Shown: positions 37,989 to 49,653, counted from the first letter of the stretch. The stretch: DNA of 64,000 nucleotides from an uncultured Clostridia bacterium (GCA_944387375.1 CALXEQ010000006.1:9066-73065); one strand, 5' to 3'. Translations and numbers: made by a program. The notes: a model not told the origin generated them from the sequence alone.

Positions 37989-39521
37989 TTGGGATATATA
38001 GCATTATATAGAAAATATAGACCTAATACTTTTGATAGTATAATAGGTCAAGAGAATGTTACAAAAATACTAAAAAATCAAATAAAAAATGGCAAAATAT
38101 CTCATGCTTATTTATTTAGTGGAACAAGAGGAACCGGAAAAACTAGTGCAGCTAAAGTATTTGCAAGAGCTATAAATTGTCTTAATCCACAAGATGGAGA
38201 GCCTTGTAACGAGTGTTCAGTTTGCAAAGGAATACTTGATGGTAGTATAACAGATGTTATAGAAATGGATGCAGCATCAAATAATAGTGTTGAAAATATT
38301 AGACAAATAAGACAAGAAGTTGTTTATGCTACAGTTGATGTAAAGTATAGGGTATATATAATTGACGAGGTTCATATGCTTACAACTAGTGCGTTTAATG
38401 CTTTACTTAAGACACTTGAAGAGCCACCAGAAAATGTTGTGTTCATACTTGCTACTACTGAACAACACAAGATACCTATAACAATTTTATCTAGATGTTT
38501 AAAATTTGAGTTTAATAGGATTTCTGAAGAGAATTTATATAAAAGAATAAAATATGTTTTAGAATGTGAAAATGTTAAATATGAAGATGAAGCTTGCAAA
38601 TATATTGCTTCATTAGCAGATGGAGCTGCAAGAGATGCATTAAGTATATTAGATAGATGTATATCTGAAACGGAAGATGTATTAAAGTATAAAGATGTTG
38701 AAAATATTGTAGGAGCAATAGATAGAGATATAATTAAAAATGTTGCAGATAGTATATTAGATTATAACTATTTAAAAGCTTTAGAATTTATTGATGAGAT
38801 AATAAAAAAAGGAAAAGATTTAAGACAATTTACTTTTGAACTTACTAGTGAGTTTTTAGATAGAATGGTTAATGAAAAAGAAAATTTAAATAGATTGTGT
38901 TATATAATAGACGAATTATCTTCATTAGATAACGAGCTTAAATCTACTACTAGAAAGGAAATAGTATTAAAAGCATGTATTGTTAAGCTATGCAATCAAG
39001 TAAGTACTAGTGTACAAGGTAATGAAAGCTCACTAGATAATATTTACATACAAAAAATAGAAAAATTAGAAAAGCAAGTTGCCAATTTACAAGATTATAT
39101 TAAAAATAATAAGATAAAAGTGGAACAGGCAAATGCTATTTCAAATAACACAGAAAAAGAACCAGTAATAGAAAAGCCAATAGTAAATAATAAAACTAAA
39201 GAAGAAAATCTTGTAGAGTTTCCTAATACAGAAGAATTAAAAAAAGCTATAATTGAAAAAGGAAAAATAAAAGTATACTCTGCTCTTGCAGGAGCAAAGG
39301 TGTATATTGATGATGCAATAAAAATCATAACAAAAAATAATTTCGCGTATAATATTTTGAAGTCAGATGATAGTATTGATACTATTGCGCAAGTATTATA
39401 TGAAAAATATAAGATAAATAAAAATATAATATTAGAGTTAAAAGGAGAAAATGAAGAATCTATTTCTAAAATAGAAAAGATTTTAAAGGATAATAATATA
39501 GAATATACAAATTTAGATTAA
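37989..39521 (+). CDS. dnaX: DNA polymerase III subunit gamma/tau
   Basis: [16 protein letters not shown], Zn cluster, IIDEVH, SRC; TTG start after GAGGTG. Confidence 0.96.
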   Translation: MGYIALYRKYRPNTFDSIIGQENVTKILKNQIKNGKISHAYLFSGTRGTGKTSAAKVFARAINCLNPQDGEPCNECSVCKGILDGSITDVIEMDAASNNSVENIRQIRQEVVYATVDVKYRVYIIDEVHMLTTSAFNALLKTLEEPPENVVFILATTEQHKIPITILSRCLKFEFNRISEENLYKRIKYVLECENVKYEDEACKYIASLADGAARDALSILDRCISETEDVLKYKDVENIVGAIDRDIIKNVADSILDYNYLKALEFIDEIIKKGKDLRQFTFELTSEFLDRMVNEKENLNRLCYIIDELSSLDNELKSTTRKEIVLKACIVKLCNQVSTSVQGNESSLDNIYIQKIEKLEKQVANLQDYIKNNKIKVEQANAISNNTEKEPVIEKPIVNNKTKEENLVEFPNTEELKKAIIEKGKIKVYSALAGAKVYIDDAIKIITKNNFAYNILKSDDSIDTIAQVLYEKYKINKNIILELKGENEESISKIEKILKDNNIEYTNLD

Positions 39522-39577
39522 ACTTGAAATATAGGAAAAATTATATTATAATAAACGTTGTGAAAGGATGGATAAAT

Positions 39578-39913
39578 ATGGGAAGTAAATATGGTGGATT
39601 TCCTGGCGGTGGAATGGGAAATATGCAAAATTTATTAAAGCAAGCACAAAAAATGCAAGCAGATATGCAAAAAAAACAAAGTGAGGTAGCTTCAAAAGAA
39701 ATAGAGACATCTGCAGGTGGTGGAGCTGTTATTGTAAAAGCTACTGGTGATAAAGTTATAAAGGAAATAATAATAAAAAAAGATGTTGTGGATCCAGATG
39801 ATGTTGAAATGCTACAAGATTTAGTTTTAACTGCAGTAAATGAAGCATTAAAACAAGCAGATTCAATGATGGAAAAAGAATTAGGTGGATTTAATATACC
39901 AGGACTTTTCTAG
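39578..39913 (+). CDS. ybaB: YbaB/EbfC nucleoid-associated protein
   Basis: [22 protein letters not shown]; dnaX-ybaB-recR synteny. Confidence 0.93.
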   Translation: MGSKYGGFPGGGMGNMQNLLKQAQKMQADMQKKQSEVASKEIETSAGGGAVIVKATGDKVIKEIIIKKDVVDPDDVEMLQDLVLTAVNEALKQADSMMEKELGGFNIPGLF

Positions 39914-40516
39914 GTGGTTAATATGTATTCAGATACAGTTAATAAGTTAATTAATCAATTTGAAAAGTTACCTGGAATAGGACATAAAACAGCAGTAAGA
40001 CTTGCTTTTTATATTCTTGAAGCTCCTGAAGATGTAGCAAAAGAAATGTCAAAGGCTTTAATAGAAGCAAAAGAAAATGTAAAATTTTGTTCAATATGTT
40101 ATAATTTAACGGAAAAAGATCCATGTGACATTTGCTCAGATAAAAAAAGAGATGATTCAACAATTTGTGTTGTAGAAAATGTAAAAGATGTAATTGCTAT
40201 GGAGAAAACGCATGAATATAAAGGATTATATCATGTACTACATGGTGCAATTTCACCAATGAATAATATATCTGCAGGAGATATAAAAATAAAAGAATTA
40301 TTAAGTAGACTTAGCGATGATAAAATAAAAGAAGTAATACTTGCTACTAATCCTACAGTTGAAGGAGAAGCAACAGCTATGTATATTTCTAGACTTATAA
40401 AACCATTAGGAATAAATGTTACTAGAATTGCTCATGGAATACCTGTAGGGGGAGATTTAGAATATACTGATGAGATTACACTTATAAAGGCTTTAGAAGG
40501 AAGAAGAGAAATGTAA
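39914..40516 (+). CDS. recR: Recombination mediator RecR
   Basis: LPGIG, C4 Zn finger, TOPRIM VVE, EGEAT, GIPVGG. Confidence 0.97.
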   Translation: MVNMYSDTVNKLINQFEKLPGIGHKTAVRLAFYILEAPEDVAKEMSKALIEAKENVKFCSICYNLTEKDPCDICSDKKRDDSTICVVENVKDVIAMEKTHEYKGLYHVLHGAISPMNNISAGDIKIKELLSRLSDDKIKEVILATNPTVEGEATAMYISRLIKPLGINVTRIAHGIPVGGDLEYTDEITLIKALEGRREM

Positions 40517-40551
40517 AAAATAGGTGATATAATTAGTATATCACCTATTTT
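40517..40551 (+). terminator. Intrinsic terminator
   Basis: AAATAGGTGATATA...TATATCACCTATTTT. Confidence 0.75.
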
Positions 40552-40621
40552 CTATTAAAAAACTACAATGTAGTTGCAAATATTATTTGCATTTTTAAAA
40601 TTAATATTCAAGGAGTATAAA

Positions 40622-41434
40622 ATGAAAATTGGTTTTTTTGATTCTGGACTTGGTGGACTTACTGTTTTAAAAGAGGCAATTGAAAATGAAAAATTAAAAG
40701 GAGAAATATATTATTTAGGAGATAATAAAAATACGCCGTATGGATTAAAAGATGAAAATTTTGTTAAAAAAATAGTGGAAGAAAATATTAATATTTTAAT
40801 AAATTATGGTTGTAATCCTATAGTTATAGCATGTAATACTGCCACCAGTTTGTCTATTAAAGAGTTAAGAGAAAAATATAAAGATATTATATTTATAGGA
40901 ACAGAACCTGCAATAAAAGTTGCATCTGATGCATATATGCATAAAAAAATACTTGTACTTGCTACAAGCATTACAATTAAACAAGAAAAGTTATTAAATT
41001 TAATAGATAAATTAAATATAAAAAAATGTGTACAACTTTGTGCTGCGGATAAATTAGTTCAATTTGCAGAAGACATTAATTGCAATAATTTGAAAAAAGA
41101 AGTAAATGATTATATAAAAGAATTATTATCTAAATATGATTTAAATGAGTTTAGTCATATTGTACTTGGATGTACACATTTTCCTTTGTTTTATGAAAAT
41201 TTTAAAATGGTAATAAAAGAATTATATCCTAATTGTAACATTAATATTATAGATGGTGCTAAAGGAATATCTATAAATTTGATAAAACATATTAAAAATA
41301 TTAATAAAGATTATGATAATGAAACTAATACAAAAGTATGTATTTTTCTTACAAAGGAAAGTGAAACATTTAAAATTAGATCAAGACAAATTTTAAATAA
41401 TTCTAAAGCAGATATAGAATATAAATTACAATAA
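40622..41434 (+). CDS. murI: Glutamate racemase
   Basis: FDSGLGG, PYG, ACNTA, LGCTHF. Confidence 0.95.
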   Translation: MKIGFFDSGLGGLTVLKEAIENEKLKGEIYYLGDNKNTPYGLKDENFVKKIVEENINILINYGCNPIVIACNTATSLSIKELREKYKDIIFIGTEPAIKVASDAYMHKKILVLATSITIKQEKLLNLIDKLNIKKCVQLCAADKLVQFAEDINCNNLKKEVNDYIKELLSKYDLNEFSHIVLGCTHFPLFYENFKMVIKELYPNCNINIIDGAKGISINLIKHIKNINKDYDNETNTKVCIFLTKESETFKIRSRQILNNSKADIEYKLQ

Positions 41435-41441
41435 AATTACA
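41425..41441 (-). promoter_or_regulatory. WalR-type/OmpR-family direct-repeat box
   Basis: Minus strand TGTAAT-N5-TGTAAT, just upstream of the response regulator promoter. Confidence 0.55.
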
Positions 41442-41525
41442 ATAAAATTTCATAAAAATGTAGCAAATTTTTTTTTTACGTGATATAATTAGGATAGCTT
41501 TGAGTAAAGTATGAGGTGTATATAT

Positions 41526-42227
41526 ATGAATGATAAGAAAATCTTAATAGTTGACGACGAAAAGGCAATAGCAGATGTATTAAAATTTAATTTAGAAAAA
41601 GAAGGTTTTACTACTACTGTGGCTTATGATGGTGAAGAAGCTATAAAGCTTGCATTATCTATTAATCCAGATTTAATTTTACTAGATTTAATGTTACCTA
41701 AGATTGATGGATTTAATGTATGTAAAAAGTTAAGAAAAAGCTTAGTTTGTCCTATTATAATGCTTACTGCTAAAGATGAAGTTGTGGACAAGATTATAGG
41801 GTTAGAACTAGGTGCAGATGATTATATGACAAAACCTTTTAGTATTAGAGAAGTTATTGCCAGAGTAAAGGCAAATTTAAGAAAACATGTTTTGCCTGAT
41901 AGTGATGAAGATAAAAATTCATCAAAAAATAAAATAAAAATAAAGGATATGATTATAGATCCTGAAAGATATATAGCAATAGTAGGAGGAAAGACAATTG
42001 ATCTTACTATAAAAGAATTTGAACTTTTAAAAATGTTATCTACAAATCCAAACCAAGTATTTACAAGAGAGCAAATACTAAGAGGAGTATGGGGATATGA
42101 TTTTTATGGTGATGCTAGAACTGTAGATGTTACTGTAAGAAGATTAAGAGAGAAAATTGAAAAGAATTCAGCAGAACCACAGTATGTTCAAACTAAAAGA
42201 GGAATGGGATATTATGTTTCAGCCTAA
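41526..42227 (+). CDS. OmpR-family response regulator (WalR/YycF-like)
   Basis: VDDE, LLDLMLP, PIIMLTAK, GADDY, RTVDVTVRRLREKIE. Confidence 0.92.
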   Translation: MNDKKILIVDDEKAIADVLKFNLEKEGFTTTVAYDGEEAIKLALSINPDLILLDLMLPKIDGFNVCKKLRKSLVCPIIMLTAKDEVVDKIIGLELGADDYMTKPFSIREVIARVKANLRKHVLPDSDEDKNSSKNKIKIKDMIIDPERYIAIVGGKTIDLTIKEFELLKMLSTNPNQVFTREQILRGVWGYDFYGDARTVDVTVRRLREKIEKNSAEPQYVQTKRGMGYYVSA

Positions 42228-42248
42228 ATTTAAGAAAGTGAGCTAAAT

Positions 42249-43631
42249 ATGAAGATTTCTATGAAAAAAATTATTAGAGCTATGTGTATAATTATGGTAG
42301 TTATAGTTTATATAACTACCTTAATTTTATCCGGCTCTGTTATTGATACAGATAATATATTTTCTAAAAATAATATAATCGTTTTTATAATATTTGTAAT
42401 ATTAGCTTATATTATTTCTGCTATTATTTCTAATAAAATGACTTTACCATTAAAAAAAATAGAAAAAGGTATGAAGCTTATAAGTGAAGGGAAATTTCCA
42501 GATAACTTGAGAATGAAAGAAGAAAATGAGTTTGAGGAATATAAAGAACTGATTGATGTATATACTTCTATGCTTAAAGTTATTAAGAAAAATACTTTTG
42601 ATTTGAATAGTCAAGAAAGTAAAACTGAAATAATTCTTGAACATATGGCAGATGGTGTTATAGCATTTTCTACTAGTAGGCAAGTTGTTCATATGAATAA
42701 GGCTGCAATGAGAATGTTAAATATAACTGAAAACGAAGATACTTTTGAAAAATTATGTCAAAAATTAAATATTAATATAGATTTTGACAAAATTATGTAT
42801 TTGCCTAATTATCAAAGTATGGAATTTAAAACTCAGATGGGAGAGCTTGCTTTAAGTATAGTTTTTGCACCATTTTTTAGTGATGAGTTAAATCCAATGG
42901 GAATTATAATGATAGTAAGAAATATTACTGATAGTGTAAAAACAGATAATGTAAGAAAAGAATTTGTTGCAAATGTTTCACATGAGTTAAAAACACCTTT
43001 AACATCTATTAGAGGATATTCTGAGACAATAATGAATGGTGATCTTACATATCAAGAGATAATAAAATTTTCTAAAGTAATAAATCAAGAAGCTAATAGA
43101 ATGAGTAGATTAGTTTCAGATCTATTACAATTATCTAGGATAGACTATAATAGAGTAAACTGGAATAAATCTACTTTAAATACTGTAGATATATTAAAGA
43201 AAGTATGTGAAAAAGTAAGATATGAAGCAGAACAAAAATCTCATAAATTGGAGTTGATATGTACAGATAAAGTACCATCTATTTATGCAGATAAAGATTC
43301 AATTGAGCAAATAGTTATTAATATTTTAACTAACAGTATAAAATATACACCTGATGGAGGACTTATTAGAGTATATGCAGGGCCTATTGACGATAGAGTA
43401 TATATAAAAGTAATAGATAATGGTATAGGAATACCTCAAAAAGATTTAAAGAGAATATTTGAAAGATTTTATAGAGTAGATAAGGCTAGATCTAGAAAGA
43501 TGGGTGGAACAGGTCTTGGACTTTCTATAGTAAAAGAGATGGTAGATGGAAATAATGGAACAATAAATATAAACAGCAAATTAAATGAAGGTACAGAAGT
43601 TACAATGACTTTTCCAACTAAAAAAGAATAG
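42249..43631 (+). CDS. Sensor histidine kinase (WalK-like: TM-HAMP-PAS-HisKA-HATPase)
   Basis: VSHELKTPL, N box, DNGIG, RFYRVDKARSR, GTGLGL. Confidence 0.92.
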   Translation: MKISMKKIIRAMCIIMVVIVYITTLILSGSVIDTDNIFSKNNIIVFIIFVILAYIISAIISNKMTLPLKKIEKGMKLISEGKFPDNLRMKEENEFEEYKELIDVYTSMLKVIKKNTFDLNSQESKTEIILEHMADGVIAFSTSRQVVHMNKAAMRMLNITENEDTFEKLCQKLNINIDFDKIMYLPNYQSMEFKTQMGELALSIVFAPFFSDELNPMGIIMIVRNITDSVKTDNVRKEFVANVSHELKTPLTSIRGYSETIMNGDLTYQEIIKFSKVINQEANRMSRLVSDLLQLSRIDYNRVNWNKSTLNTVDILKKVCEKVRYEAEQKSHKLELICTDKVPSIYADKDSIEQIVINILTNSIKYTPDGGLIRVYAGPIDDRVYIKVIDNGIGIPQKDLKRIFERFYRVDKARSRKMGGTGLGLSIVKEMVDGNNGTININSKLNEGTEVTMTFPTKKE

Positions 43632-43640
43632 GAGATTGTT

Positions 43641-44414
43641 ATGGAATATTTTGATACACATGCACATTATAATGATGAAAAGTTTGATGGAATTGTAGAT
43701 GATGTATTAAATAGATGCAAAAATATTGGTGTTAAATATGTTATAAATATTGGATATAACATAGAAAGTTCTATTAAGGCAATAGAGCTTTCTAATAAGT
43801 ACAAAAACATGTATGTGGCTATTGGTATTCATCCAAGTGATGTGGGAAAATGTAGTGTAGAAGAACTTGAAAAAATATATAATGAATATAATAATGGTAA
43901 AGTAGTTGCAATAGGTGAAATTGGACTAGATTATTCTTATACAAAAGAAAATAAAAAAGAGCAAATAGATTTATTTAAAACTCAAATAGAGCTTGCAAAC
44001 AGATTAAAATTACCTATTTGTGTACATTCAAGAGATGCTTCTTTAGATACATATCTTACGTTAAAAGAATGCCCTGCTAAATATGGTACTTTAATGCATT
44101 GCTTCTCACCAACTGAAGATTTAGTAAGACTTGTACTTGAAAATGGATATATGGTAGCTTTTGGTGGAAATATAACGTATAAAAGAGCAAAATCTTTTAG
44201 TAGATATATGGATATGATACCAGTTGAACAAATTGTTATAGAAACAGATTCACCATATTTACCACCAGTTCCATTAAGAGGTACTATAAATACATCAGAA
44301 AATCTTCCTATAATATTGGAGAAATTATCTGAGTATAAAAATATTTCTAAAGAAGAACTATCTAAAATTGTATACCGAAATTCGCTTGAATTTTTCAATA
44401 TAAAAGAGGAGTAA
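43641..44414 (+). CDS. tatD: TatD family hydrolase/DNase
   Basis: DTHAH, GIHP, GEIGLD, HSR, HC, ETDSP. Confidence 0.93.
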   Translation: MEYFDTHAHYNDEKFDGIVDDVLNRCKNIGVKYVINIGYNIESSIKAIELSNKYKNMYVAIGIHPSDVGKCSVEELEKIYNEYNNGKVVAIGEIGLDYSYTKENKKEQIDLFKTQIELANRLKLPICVHSRDASLDTYLTLKECPAKYGTLMHCFSPTEDLVRLVLENGYMVAFGGNITYKRAKSFSRYMDMIPVEQIVIETDSPYLPPVPLRGTINTSENLPIILEKLSEYKNISKEELSKIVYRNSLEFFNIKEE

Positions 44415-44429
44415 GATTTGTCTTACTCC

Positions 44430-44906
44430 TTAAATATTTTGAGAATATAACCAAAAAGTTACAATGCTCAAATAAGAATACAAAACTACATGTATTCCGC
44501 TAAAATATAAAAATTTAGGTGATGTAATGTATAAAAGATATGATAAAATACTATCTAAAATGCCACAAAACAATATACACCAAAAACTATAAATAAATTT
44601 AGCATATCTTAATGATAATATTGAAGATAATACAGTAAGTGATATAGTAACTAAGTATATCAAAAAAATTAAAGATAAATTTTTAGAATTTTCAAAAGTT
44701 ATACTATATCTATAAACACTAATACCAAGTAAAATATACAATATAGGGTATAAATATTTAAATAAATTATAGTTTGTTGTTATGTGACTTACAGAGACTT
44801 TGAAATTCCTTATATCTATGCAAGTTACTGTATGTATTAAAATAGCAATTACAGTAATGATAAATATAAAAGAAAACATCTTTTTATAATAATCAAAGAC
44901 TTTCAT
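44430..44906 (-). CDS. TspO/MBR-like membrane protein (divergent)
   Basis: Five hydrophobic segments; ILYILLGIS resembles the TspO LY-x-LMG motif; start moved to ATG 44906. Confidence 0.5.
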   Translation of the reverse strand: MKVFDYYKKMFSFIFIITVIAILIHTVTCIDIRNFKVSVSHITTNYNLFKYLYPILYILLGISVYRYSITFENSKNLSLIFLIYLVTISLTVLSSILSLRYAKFIYSFWCILFCGILDSILSYLLYITSPKFLYFSGIHVVLYSYLSIVTFWLYSQNI

Positions 44907-44952
44907 TACATCACCATTAATATTATGAGATAAAAAAAGAGTAATATACAAA

Positions 44953-45462
44953 TTACTCTAAATAACCAATAAATGGTAAATTTCTATATTTTTCATCATA
45001 ATCTAAACCAAATCCTACAACAAATTTATCTGGAATATTGAAGCCAGTATAATCAGGTTCAATATCAAATTCTCTTCTTTCTTTTTTATCTAATAGAGTA
45101 CAAATTTTAAGTACTTTTGGTTTTTTTTCTTTAAAATAATTTTTTAAATAATAAAGTGTTCTACCAGTATCTATAATATCTTCAATTATTACTACATTTT
45201 TATCTATAATGTTTTCACTAATATCTAAACTAAAATTAAGCTTACCTGTACTATGTGTTCCGCTATAACTAGATACTCTCATGAAATCTAAAATTACAGA
45301 TGAAGTTATATTTTTAGCTAGTTCTGTAGTAAAAAAAACAGATCCTTTTAATATACAAATAAATATTATTTCTTCATTATCAAAATCTTTTTGTATTTGT
45401 TGTGCTAGTTCTTTTATTCTATTTTTTAAATCAATTTCGTTAATTAGTGTATGTAAAACCAT
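44953..45462 (-). CDS. hpt: Hypoxanthine phosphoribosyltransferase
   Basis: ILKGS, VSSY, IEDIIDTG, FVVGFGLD. Confidence 0.96.
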   Translation of the reverse strand: MVLHTLINEIDLKNRIKELAQQIQKDFDNEEIIFICILKGSVFFTTELAKNITSSVILDFMRVSSYSGTHSTGKLNFSLDISENIIDKNVVIIEDIIDTGRTLYYLKNYFKEKKPKVLKICTLLDKKERREFDIEPDYTGFNIPDKFVVGFGLDYDEKYRNLPFIGYLE

Positions 45463-45540
45463 AATAAGTATCCTCCTGTTTTTACAATTATATCATAGTA
45501 AAGAATTATATACAAGAATAATATTAGAATGGTGTGTAGG

Positions 45541-45569
45541 TTGACATAAATTTAAAAAGATGATATAAT
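45541..45569 (+). promoter_or_regulatory. Sigma-A promoter
   Basis: TTGACA-N17-TATAAT. Confidence 0.7.
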
Positions 45570-45629
45570 ACTTATAGTCGTTTAAAGGGGAACATGAGAT
45601 TAAATAATCAAATGAAAGGTGGTAAGGCT

Positions 45630-46514
45630 ATGGAGAAATCCAAATTGTTTAAAACGTTTATTATTTTGGTACTTACTTTTGTATTTTTGTATCTTTTTTT
45701 AGAAAATAATCAAGCAACAGAAGTAACACAAGTAAGTGCTCTTACGGATGTGACAGGATATGCAGTCTATGATGGAAGAAATGTATATGAGCATTATAAG
45801 TCTATTTTGAGTGAAAAAGAGAAGATAGTTTATGATGAACTTAAAGAAGCATATTTGCAATTTAAACCAAGTTTTTCTACAACAGTAGAAGAAATAAAAA
45901 GTGAAGAGTTAAAAAGGGTATTTAGTGCAGTAATTCTTGATCATCCAGAGATATTTTGGATAGATTCATACTCTTCAATGGGAGATATTTTTACTGGAAA
46001 TGTTTATACTAGTATGGTTATACATTTAAGATATACATTTTCTAAAGAAGAAGCTTTACAAATAAAGCAACAAATAGAATCGAAATATAGTGAGATTATT
46101 CAAGGAGCAAAAAGATATAAATCAGATAAAAAAAGAGTAAAGTATGTACATGATAAATTAATTGAAATAAGTGAATATACTGGATATACAAATGAACAGA
46201 GAGATAAATTTCAGTCTATTATTTCAATTTTTGAGACAGGTGATACAGTATGTGCAGGTTATTCATATGGATTTAAATTTATAATGGATAATTTAGGCAT
46301 AGAAAGTATTGCAGTTGAAAATATTAATAATAAAGATTCATCAAAATCTCACATATGGAATAAAGTAAAGTTAGATGGAGTTTGGTATAATTTGGATGTA
46401 ACGTGGGACTCACAATTATCAAAAGATAGTAACATATCATATAAATATTATTTATTAGATAATAATGAATTTTATTCAATACATCAAAAACCGAATATAA
46501 TAATAAGTGAATAG
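45630..46514 (+). CDS. Secreted transglutaminase-like domain protein
   Basis: Signal/TM segment, DHPEIFW, catalytic VCAGYS, HIWN, LDVTWD. Confidence 0.85.
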   Translation: MEKSKLFKTFIILVLTFVFLYLFLENNQATEVTQVSALTDVTGYAVYDGRNVYEHYKSILSEKEKIVYDELKEAYLQFKPSFSTTVEEIKSEELKRVFSAVILDHPEIFWIDSYSSMGDIFTGNVYTSMVIHLRYTFSKEEALQIKQQIESKYSEIIQGAKRYKSDKKRVKYVHDKLIEISEYTGYTNEQRDKFQSIISIFETGDTVCAGYSYGFKFIMDNLGIESIAVENINNKDSSKSHIWNKVKLDGVWYNLDVTWDSQLSKDSNISYKYYLLDNNEFYSIHQKPNIIISE

Positions 46515-46612
46515 AGCAGAAATGCTCTATTTTCTTTTACATAAAGATTACATAACTTTACTTTACAATGATTTTATGGTATAATATTAATGTACTTTTA
46601 GGAGGCATAAAA

Positions 46613-46903
46613 ATGAATATACAAATAAATACATTATTAGATGAAGAAAAATATGAAGATGCAATAGAATTAATAAAGAAAGAATATATAAGTCTTTATG
46701 ATAAAATGTTGGATAAGAAAGAAGCGCAAAAACCACAAAATGATGATTTTTATTGTTATACTACAAGAGTAATTAATGAGTATCCAGATTTTAAAAATAG
46801 ATTAGATTATTTAAGAAATACAATATTACAAGATGATATAAATTATTTAAATGAAATTAGTGTACTAAAGAATACATATAATTATTTAATTAATAATTGT
46901 TAA
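46613..46903 (+). CDS. Small hypothetical protein
   Basis: GGAGG RBS, own TATAAT promoter and terminator. Confidence 0.65.
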   Translation: MNIQINTLLDEEKYEDAIELIKKEYISLYDKMLDKKEAQKPQNDDFYCYTTRVINEYPDFKNRLDYLRNTILQDDINYLNEISVLKNTYNYLINNC

Positions 46904-47019
46904 CAAATAACATTATAGATTTTCTATAATGTTATTTTTTTTGAAAAAAATATATAATTTTAGTGAAAATAAAGAAAATTATATAGCTTTATGATATAAT
47001 TTTTTTGGAGGTTGGTTTT

Positions 47020-49653
47020 ATGAAATATTATGATGAGGAAGTAGATAAAGTTTTAGCTTCACTTGAAACTAATGAAAATGGTTTATCTACACAAGAAGCA
47101 GAAGCTCGTCTTAATAGATATGGACTAAATAAACTAAAAGAAACTAATAAAAAAAGTAAATTATCTAAGTTTTTAGATCAATTTAAAGATATGATGATTG
47201 TAGTACTTTTAATAGCTGCTGTTTTTTCGGGTATAAGCTCATATTTAAATGGAGAAGCGTATACAGATACCATAGTAATAATTGCAGTTGTATTATTAAA
47301 TGCTATTATGGGATTTGCTCAAGAGCTTAAAGCTGATTCTGCAGTTGAAAGTCTTAGAAAAATGACTACACCTAACGCAAAAGTAATTAGAAATGGTCAA
47401 GTTACAATATGCTCTTCAGAAAAGATTGTTCCTGGAGATATTTTAAGCTTAGAAGCAGGTGATACAGTTCCTGCAGATGCAAGAGTCATATGGGAGGTAT
47501 CATCTAGTGTAGATGAGTCAATGCTTACAGGAGAGAGTGAGCCGATAGAAAAAAATGTAGATGTAGTAAGCTCAGATGCTCAAATTAATGAAAGAATAAA
47601 TATGGTTTATTCTGGATGTAATGTTGTGTATGGAAAATTAAAAGCGGTTGTTGTAAAGACTGGTATGGATACAGAACTTGGAAAAATAGCTTCATCTGTA
47701 CAAAAAGATAAAGAAGTATTATCTCCATTACAAATAAAGATTAATAATATAAGTAAAGTGTTATCAATAATAATAGCATTAATTATTGGATTTGTATTAA
47801 TTTATGGAATTGCAAAAGGTAATGATACGTTAGAGATTATAATGCTTTGTATATCACTTGCTGTTGCAGCAATACCAGAAAATTTACCAACAGTTATAAC
47901 CGTTACGCTATCACTTGGTACAACAGCTATGGCAAAGAAAAATACAATAGTAAGAAAAATATCTTCTGTTGAAACACTAGGGTCTATAGATATAATTTGT
48001 TCAGATAAGACTGGAACAATCACTCAAAATAAAATGACAGTTAAAGAGGTAATTTTTAATAATAAAAATTATAAAGTTGAAAAAGAGCCTATAGAAAACA
48101 GTGAGCTTTTAATAGACTTAATGGTGTTATGTAACGATAGTAAATTTGATCCACAAGATAAAGAAAATTTGATTGGTGATCCTACAGAAACAGCATTATT
48201 TAAATATGCTATGGATATGGGGTATAATCCGCAAAATATAGTTAATGAAAATAAAAGAGTTGCTGAAGTTCCTTTTGATTCAGATAGAAAGATGATGACA
48301 ACTATAAATACTGTTCAAAATAAAATTATAGTTGCAACAAAGGGAAGTCTAGATTCTTTACTTAAAAAATGTACTTCATACTATGAAAATGGAAATGTAT
48401 ATGAAATAAATGAAAAGCAAATACAAAAGATTTTAAATTTTGAAAAAGAAATGGCTCAAAAATCTTTAAGAGTATTATCTTTTGCATATAAGGTTATAAA
48501 AGAGGTACCATCAGAAGATGAATTAGTAGCTGTAGAGAGTAATTTAACTTTTGTGGGTCTTGTTGGTATGATGGATCCTCCAAGAGAGACAGTAAAAGAA
48601 TCTATTAAAACTTGTCGTGAAGCTGGAATTCGCCCTATTATGATAACTGGTGATAGTTTAAGTACTGCTACAGCAATAGCAAAAGAGATTGGAATTATAC
48701 AAGAAGGTACAGGAGTTATCGAGGGAAAAGAATTAGATAAGTTAAGTGATGAACAATTAATAAAAGAGGTCAGTAAATATAGTGTTTATGCAAGAGTGCA
48801 ACCAGAACATAAAGTAAGAATTGTTAAAGCATGGCAAGCAAATAATAAGGTTGTTGCTATGACAGGAGATGGAGTAAATGACGCTCCTGCTATAAAACTT
48901 GCACATGTTGGAATTGGAATGGGAAAAACAGGTACAGAAGTTACAAAAAGTGTTGCGGATGTAATTTTAGTAGATGATAGTTTTAGTACAATTGTGGATG
49001 CTGTAGGAGAAGGTAGAAAAATTTATGATAATATAAGAAATGGTATAATATATTCACTAGCAAGTAATTTTGCAGAAATACTTGTTGTTATAGTAGGATT
49101 ATTTAATAATATAGAAATCTTTTTACCATTACACATATTATATATTAATTTAGCTACTGATTCTATTCCTTCAATATGCTTAGCTTTTGAAAAAGCTGCA
49201 AAAGGAATAATGAAAAGAAAGCCTAAACCTGTAAATGCACCATTTTTTACACCATTTGTTATAGCAAGTTTAGCAGTATCTGCATTATTTAAAGCAGTAT
49301 CTGTACTTGAAACATATTATTTTGCAAATATGTATTATGGTCAAGATGTAGCAAGAACAATGGCATTTTTATGTATGGTTGTACAGGAAATGGTATATGC
49401 TCTAAATTGTAGAAACCTTAAAGAGCCTATAGTAAAACAAGGAATTTTCTCAAATAAAGCTATGAATATAGGAATGTTAATATTAATAGTAATGCAACTT
49501 CTAGTATTTTTAACTCCAATAGGAAGTATATTTGAAATAGTTCCATTAACACTTACTCATTTATTAATAATAATCTTAATTAATATTGTGGGCTTCGGAG
49601 TTATTGAACTATCTAAATTTGGAGTTAGAAAATTATTTAAAGATATGGAATAA
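47020..49653 (+). CDS. P-type IIA cation (Ca2+-type) transporting ATPase
   Basis: TGES, DKTGT, KGS, TGD, GDGVND; ten TMs. Confidence 0.92.
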   Translation: MKYYDEEVDKVLASLETNENGLSTQEAEARLNRYGLNKLKETNKKSKLSKFLDQFKDMMIVVLLIAAVFSGISSYLNGEAYTDTIVIIAVVLLNAIMGFAQELKADSAVESLRKMTTPNAKVIRNGQVTICSSEKIVPGDILSLEAGDTVPADARVIWEVSSSVDESMLTGESEPIEKNVDVVSSDAQINERINMVYSGCNVVYGKLKAVVVKTGMDTELGKIASSVQKDKEVLSPLQIKINNISKVLSIIIALIIGFVLIYGIAKGNDTLEIIMLCISLAVAAIPENLPTVITVTLSLGTTAMAKKNTIVRKISSVETLGSIDIICSDKTGTITQNKMTVKEVIFNNKNYKVEKEPIENSELLIDLMVLCNDSKFDPQDKENLIGDPTETALFKYAMDMGYNPQNIVNENKRVAEVPFDSDRKMMTTINTVQNKIIVATKGSLDSLLKKCTSYYENGNVYEINEKQIQKILNFEKEMAQKSLRVLSFAYKVIKEVPSEDELVAVESNLTFVGLVGMMDPPRETVKESIKTCREAGIRPIMITGDSLSTATAIAKEIGIIQEGTGVIEGKELDKLSDEQLIKEVSKYSVYARVQPEHKVRIVKAWQANNKVVAMTGDGVNDAPAIKLAHVGIGMGKTGTEVTKSVADVILVDDSFSTIVDAVGEGRKIYDNIRNGIIYSLASNFAEILVVIVGLFNNIEIFLPLHILYINLATDSIPSICLAFEKAAKGIMKRKPKPVNAPFFTPFVIASLAVSALFKAVSVLETYYFANMYYGQDVARTMAFLCMVVQEMVYALNCRNLKEPIVKQGIFSNKAMNIGMLILIVMQLLVFLTPIGSIFEIVPLTLTHLLIIILINIVGFGVIELSKFGVRKLFKDME

